Below are positions 57,650 through 64,000 of a stretch of 64,000 bases of DNA, in pieces; position 1 is the first letter of the stretch, and each line of letters starts with the position of its first letter. Under the pieces are notes generated by a model. That model worked only from the letters and a program-made list of their open reading frames with translations. It ran no database searches and was not told where the DNA came from. The translations under genes were made by a program, and so were the position numbers. The stretch is from Azolla caroliniana (Eukaryota; Plantae; Polypodiophyta): assembly GCA_043228905.1 (NCBI GenBank), contig JBHGNT010000002.1:9796001-9860000 (forward strand), written 5' to 3'.

Positions 57650-59574
57650 TGACGTGAAATACGTGGATTAATCTCCGGCCGCTATCAAAGCGTAGATCAC
57701 TTGATGACAATAAAAAAAAACAGACGAAATGGGAATGGAGGTAAGTCAACAAAACAAAAAAGAGAATACACAGGATATTAACGTGGAAAACCCTGAGAGG
57801 GAAAAACCACGGGAGTCCACAGACTCCAAACTATCTCTCTATAAAGTAATACAACAAGGAGCACAGAAGCAACGACCTCTTGCTCACAATCTTCGCCTAG
57901 CGGCGGTTATAACAGAGACATACTCTGTATCACTCTCTCTGTCTGTGTCTCTATACCGTCATTACACCAATAACTCTATCATCATATATTAAGTTTGCCC
58001 TAGGTCATATTTATACTAATATGACTTTCGGGCTATTTACAAATAAAGCCCTAGTGGGCTTTCTGGAACATATTTACATATATGTCCCTTTCATCCGATG
58101 AGAGGTTCTCACCGGGCCACCCACATCCGGTTCTCACCGGGTCTTCCGTTGCCAGGTACTTGTCATCCGGTTCTCACCGGGTCTTCCGTTGCCGGGTACT
58201 CCACATCTGGATTCGGCCTCAGCCTATCGCCCTCGATCGAGTTGCTCATCAACATTGTTCTTCTCACTTCCAATCCGGAGGGACCTATTTCCTAACAAAC
58301 TCCCCCTTCACTCCAGCATGGGATGTCGTACTAGTTCGATCCGCTTCCGACATGCATCCTGCTTGTCGGGTATCAGTACTTTGGTCAGCATATCTGACCA
58401 GTTCTCGGCCGTGTGGATCTTCGTCAGCGCGAACTCTCGATCTTCTACTCGCTCCCGTATCCAATGGTACCTACGCTGGATGTGCTTCGTCCTAGAATCG
58501 TACGCTGCGTTCTTAGTAAGGTGAATGGTACTTTGACTATCGCAATAGAGCCGATATTCATCTTGCCGGATATCGAGTCCTTCATCCATAGTATTTCCTT
58601 GTCGGCTTCCACAGCCGTCATGTACTCCGCCTCCGTGGTTGACAACGCAACCGTCTTCTGCAGCCTCGACTGCCACGAAACAGCTCCCCCTGCATATGTC
58701 ATTACATACCCGGATGTAGACCGGCTGGTATCCACATCAGCCGACATGTGTGAATCGGTAAAACTGTCAAGTTAAGGTTTACCGGAGCCGAATCGGAGAC
58801 ACATATTTGAAGTGCCCTTCAGGTACCGGAGTATCCATTTGACCGCGTTCACACTGAATAGTTGGAGCCGGTGAGCTTGAACATGCCTCCCAACGAATCA
58901 TCCATTTTTCTATGTCGTTTCGCTCTGATACCAATTTGACGTGAAACATGTGGATATTATCTCCGGCCGCTACCGAAGCATAGATCACTTGATGACAATA
59001 AAAAAAAACAGATGAAATGGGAATGCAGGTAAGTCGACAAAACAGAAAAGAGAATACATAGGATATTAACGTGGAAAACCTTGAGAGGGAAAAAGCACGG
59101 GAGTCCACAGACTCCAAACTATCTCTCTATAAAGTAATACAACAAGGAGCACAGAGGCAACGACCTCTTGCTCACAATCTTCGACTAGCGGCGGTTACAA
59201 CAGAGACATACTCTGTATCGCTCTCTTTGTCTCTCTGTCTCTATACTGTAGTTACACCAATAACTCTATCATCATATATTAAGTTTGCCCTAGGTCATAT
59301 TTATACTAATATGACTTTCGGGCTATTTACAAATAAATCCCCAGTGGGATTTCTGGAACATATTTACATATATGTCCCATTCATCTGAGAAGAGGTTCTC
59401 ACCGGTTCTGCCACATCCAGTTCTCACCGGGTCTACCGTTGTCGGGTACTCATCATCCGGTCCTCACCGGGTCTTCCATTGCCAGGTACTCCACATCCGG
59501 TTCTCACCGGGTCTTCCGTTGCTCATCAACGCTGTTCTTCTCACTTCCCATCCAGAGGGACCTGTTTCCTAACA
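57650..59574 (-). mobile_element. Internally deleted ~1.9-kb mini-Copia (B-family gag start fused to RT end and RNase H)
   Basis: LTRs 57650-58297 and 58937-59574; PBS TGGTATCAGAGCG (58921-58933); PPT 58298-58311; 639-bp interior; degenerate TSD CGCTG/CATTG. Confidence 0.9.
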
Positions 59575-59579
59575 CATTG

Positions 59580-62274
59580 CTCCTCTTGAGCTATTTTTTT
59601 CTGGCTTTCTCTGGTTTTTGTTGCATTCAGCGTCTGCTCCAGAGATTTGTCTTTGTCACTAATGTTAATTACTGCCGTTCTTCTAGGCTCCATTTGTTGT
59701 CTCCACTCCCGTTCGTAACGTTCGAACTGGAATTGGGTATCCAACTGGTCGTCATCCAGTTGTTCCACTAGCCGACCCACTTCCACCAGTTGCTCTCCGG
59801 CCAAGGACAGGAAGTCATTGGGTAACTCCTCCCGTATGGTCACAATGCATTCCGCGTCAAGTCGTCAAGTTTTGTAGAAGTTATCGTCATCCTTTTGCCG
59901 GTTCTCCGCATCTGCTGGCAAAACCTGCAACTCGGCTGCCTGCTTTGCCCATTTGGACCACCACTGGACTAAACTTTCCTCAACTAACTTCTTCGTCTTG
60001 TCCCTCCATGTCAGTACAATATCTCGAATACGGTCAAGTCCCATCTTTGACTTCTCCTCTGCAGCTTGCTTTTCATCCTTTAATTGCTTTATGAGGCTCG
60101 CGGTTGCCTCAACTTGCCCCTTATGTTCCATCAATTGCGTCTGATAAGCCTTCAGAGCCATCTTTGCTCGTTCCATCTCCTCATGATGCTGGCAGGTAAG
60201 CTCCAGTTTTTCCTTAGCCACTTCTGCCAGCATCTTTTCCGCTTCGATTCTCTTGGTCCTTTCATCCGCCAATGCCACTACCGTCCTGTGGACTTCATCC
60301 CGGAGTTCCCACATATTTTCTTGCTGTCAGTCACCTTCTGCCATCAATTTCTTGTGTTCCGCCTCTAGGTGATTCTGATCCCGGTGCAACCTGTCAAAAT
60401 CCTCCGTTTTCTATTTCAGCCTCTGATTGATTTGGCGTCGGGCCCAGTCCTCACGGTCCTTCTGTTGCCGGAGTTCTTCTTGGAGCCGCTCGATCTTGAC
60501 TTCCGCCGATCACCGGAGTTTGTCCCTTTCTTGCAACAGCTTGTCTTTTATTTCCTTCAACATATTGTCCTCGGGTTTTCAGAGGTTCTCTACCGTTTTC
60601 CGTTGCTCTTCCTCCGCCGCCTTCTTAAGGTCTCGTTCTCAAGCCCTTAAGGCCTCTTGGGCTGCCAATTCCTCTCTGAGAGTGGCGAGTTGTTGTTCTT
60701 GTGCCTTATTTGCATCCGGTGCTATTTTAGTTCCTGACATCTTATTAGTTTGTTCATTCACCGGAGCCACCGGTTCGAATAGTCTTGGTCCTTCTGTGAC
60801 CTGCTTGGCCGCCTCTACTATAGCGTGCACAAATTCTTCTTCCATGCTCCAGATCCTCGACCGGCCCTTCTCAAGTTCTTCGGTTGTGGCAAACAACCGG
60901 TTCCCCTCTGTTCTCTCCTCCATTTCTGTTTGGCACATAACTCCGACCACCTGCTCTCCGATCCACCGTAGCCATTGACTACCAGTGCCTTTTTGTCGTG
61001 CCGGTTCTAGTTGTGGCGTTGCCTTTGTTCACACCGGAAGCCCTTTTTGGATTGTTGACTGTAGCAACAACTCCTGCTCTTTCTGTGCCTATTTCCCTAG
61101 TGAGGTAGGCAATTCAATTACCAGTTCTTGGACCACCGGCACTCCTGCTTCTTGCCGCACAAGTAGCTCCTCCATTGGTTCTGGTTGAACCGGTTCCACC
61201 TCCTTCCTTGGCTCCGGTCCCTCGGAGGGGGGTGTCAGTACGCTTTCCTTCACCATAACCAATTCGTCCCCCTTCTGCTCTGAGTTGCTACGCTTCTGGC
61301 GACGTAGCAGGTTATCGGCGGGGTCTTCCTCTGCCTCCTCCTCTTGGGTCCTGATATTTATCTTTGTTGCCAAGGGGTCCGGCTCTTGTTCTTGTCAGTG
61401 CAGCTTGATTTTTAGAGGCCTTACGGGTGGCTCTGGCGGTGTCTCTGTCTGTGCTTGCCTCTTCCGGCTAGGCGCTTCTTTCTCTTACTGCGAGGTACTG
61501 CCCTCTTTCCATCCAGGCATGTGCTTGGCCAGAAGTTGCTGCCATTTTGAAGGTTTCTTAGGCGTCATTTCCGTTACTCGAACCCGCTTCTTAGTCCTTA
61601 ACAGCTCCACCGATGTTGCCAAAAGAGTTAGCCATTGAGCCACAGCCGTCCATAATTTCGTGTCGTTCTGCACTGATTCTATCGTCGTCCACAAACAATC
61701 GGTGATGATTACCGACCAATCCACTTGCACCCTGTGTACGTAGCAATGATGAAATCGGCTTTGTTTTTTGGCATTGTCGGCGTCGGGGGTACACGAACCC
61801 ATACTCGTGAAGGACACGAGCCACTTTTCTGTACAGGGGGTCCTCGTCGGCCTGTGTCTGGTGAGTCTTACTAGCAAGGGAATACTCGCCAAAAAACTTG
61901 GTTAGGGTTTCAGGAGAAGGGTTCTCAATCGAGTAAATACCCCCTTCCGGTAGTCCTATTAGCGCGCAAATGGCTTCCTCCGTTATGACCTCCACGTCGA
62001 TTTTCTGTACAACTTCTTCTGCTTCGTCGTGCGGCGGTGCCTCTGCTATCCTCAGGAAGCCTCCCAACCCATGTTGGTTGAACCACTTCTTGGTTGTTTC
62101 GGAAAGTACCATAGGTTCCATCTCGTCTTCTGGTTCTGCGGGGGTAGGTAGGGCCGATGTGCTTGTTTGTGCTTCTTGTGTTTGTCTGTTGACTTGTATG
62201 GTCCTTTGTGCGCTCAGTGCTCTGTGTTCACAAAATGAAAGAGACTCTACAAGGCGGAGGTTTCTTGTTCCCAT
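59580..62274 (-). pseudogene. Gypsy G extra ORF3 (decayed); C-terminus continues at 57410-57649
   Basis: KKWFNQHGLGGFLRIAEAPPHDEAEE and WWSKWAKQAAELQVL match E ORF3. Confidence 0.85.
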
Positions 62275-62359
62275 GCTTGGCGCCTTTCTCGATTCCTGCG
62301 CATGTACGTCATGTACTATAATAACAATTGTGTGACACCTGGTGCGCTTTAACTAGGCT

Positions 62360-64000
62360 TTAAATAGCCACTACACCTTTTCGAGGTGTCCGCTCATTCC
62401 TCGCCTCTACATGATGATCTTCTTTTTTTCTATTTTTTTGGTTCTGGTTACCTGGTAACCCTGGCTCCCTTGACTGTTGTTCTTCATGGTTGTCGGCCAA
62501 CTGCTTGCCACTACCTATCTCCGGTTGATGAAACGGGTTCCGTGGCATGGGCCCATAATATGGTTTAAGTCGAAACCCATTTACCCACTTGTCCAGCACC
62601 TCCTCGCCGGCGAGCATTCCCAACAGATATGAGCCGTTAAACTCTCGCGTTATCCAATATGGTCCAGTCCACTGGAACCGTAAATTCCCCGGCATCTTGC
62701 CCATCTAGGTCTGGAACACTAGTACCGGCTTACCAATGCCAAACATGTTCTCGTTACCCTTCCAATGGCGGTCGACGAATGCTTTCCTTCCTTTTTGCTC
62801 GAGTTCGATCTGCATTAGGCTCGCTATTCAGTGTTCCTCCAGCTCGCATAGTGCTGCTAACCGGGTTTTTTCTGACTCCTTCTCACTCTAACTCCTTCTC
62901 GCTCAACCACTCCCGAACCTGTATCTGTAAGCTTGGAATCTGGAATTCAATTGGCATAACCGCTTCAAGACCAAACGTTAATCGGAATGGTGTTGTCCGG
63001 ATACTTGTTTTGTATGCCGTTCGGTAAGCCCATAACGTGTTGTGCAGCTTTGTATCCGAATCGGTTTGGTTCTCATTGACAATCTTCCGAAGAATGTTTT
63101 GCAAAGTTTTATTGGTCGACTCGGCCAATCCATTGGCCTGCGGGTAATAAGGGGTGCTTCGTTTGTGTACTATCACATAAAATGTTATTAGGCTTTCCAC
63201 CACTTGTCGTTGACGCCATTGTATTGTCCTGTAGTACCTTGGCTTCCACCCATTTTGTGCAGTAATCTATGGCGACAATTATGTACCTGTTGCCGGTTCG
63301 CATTGCCGATGGTTTGAATGTTCCAACGAAGTCCAACCCCCATTTCTGGAATGGCTATAGAGGTGGTACCAGCTAGTGCGGCATGTGCGCTTCTTCTTCC
63401 GTTGGCTGGCCCATTCTCTGACACAGATCACATTCCTTCGTATATCGGACTGAGTCCTTTAGTGTCGTTGCGCCATAGTTTCCTTGTCGTAGCTTCACCA
63501 GCATAATCTCCTTCAGCAACCCCACAATGCGCTTCCCGTAAAATGGTGTCTTTTTCATCACTCTGGACCGCTCGCCGCCATATGTCGTCCACTCCTTTAT
63601 GATACAGGGTATCCTGCACTAGAAAAAAGTGTCAACTTTGCACCGCCAACCATTTACGTTCATCCCGGTTCATCTCCTCTCGGGGGTAGTTTGATGCTTA
63701 AGAACTAGTGCATATTCGTTAGCCATTTGTCCTCGTTCGCGACTGTCCCATCTACCGTGGTTTCCACTATAATTTTAAACAATGCGGAATCCAGAAATTC
63801 ATCTTGAACACCGTCACCGGTCTCTCCGGATTCTAACCAACTCAAGTGATCGGCAACCGCATGTTGTATACCCGGTCAGTGATAGAGCTCAAATTCAAAT
63901 TCTTGTAATAATAATATCCACCGAGCCAGCTTGTTGATGAGTGATGCATTCGAGAACAAGTATAAAAGCGTTGAATGGTCTACATGGAATGAAAACTTGC
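62360..64000 (-). pseudogene. Gypsy G RNase H end and integrase (decayed)
   Basis: [30 protein letters not shown] and KWVNGFRLKPY. Confidence 0.9.

Larger units (their letters stand above)
56954..64000 (-). mobile_element. Gypsy G: minus-strand member of the D/E lineage (RH, IN, ORF3, partial 3' LTR); runs off the right edge
   Basis: RH and IN fragments 62360-64000; ORF3 fragments 57410-62274; probable 3' LTR 56954-57354, starting TGTTGG on the minus strand with TATAAAA near 57150. Confidence 0.85.

Overview
Eukaryotic, gene-free heterochromatin-like window made almost entirely of nested transposable elements. It is most likely from a non-seed land plant; this is an inference from the element types. 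No host gene, rRNA, true tRNA gene or CRISPR array is supported. Left part (1-23045): Ty1/Copia elements, including a four-deep nest of Copia A > Copia B (9004-21038, TSD TTTCT) > Copia C (11260-17739, TSD ATACG) > a 5'-truncated RTE-X-like LINE, plus a hAT-type MITE inside an older Copia LTR. Right part (23046-64000): Ty3/Gypsy elements. Gypsy D (24609-56953) contains Gypsy E (29325-45698, TSD ATTTC), which contains a very young intact dual-RNase-H Gypsy H (31729-38735, TSD CCAAG). D also holds a tRNA-Trp-primed Gypsy F and two solo LTRs. Gypsy G (minus strand) carries an internally deleted mini-Copia. The most striking observation concerns three diverged members of one Gypsy lineage (D, E, G). 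Each has a long extra sense ORF after pol and no polypurine tract. In its place, 2 nt before the 3' LTR, each carries a ~41-nt structured copy of a tRNA 3' end (GTGGGTTCGA...CCCAC-GGGCGTGCCA) complementary to the lineage's primer-binding site. Element letters are my labels; identity figures are by-eye estimates.
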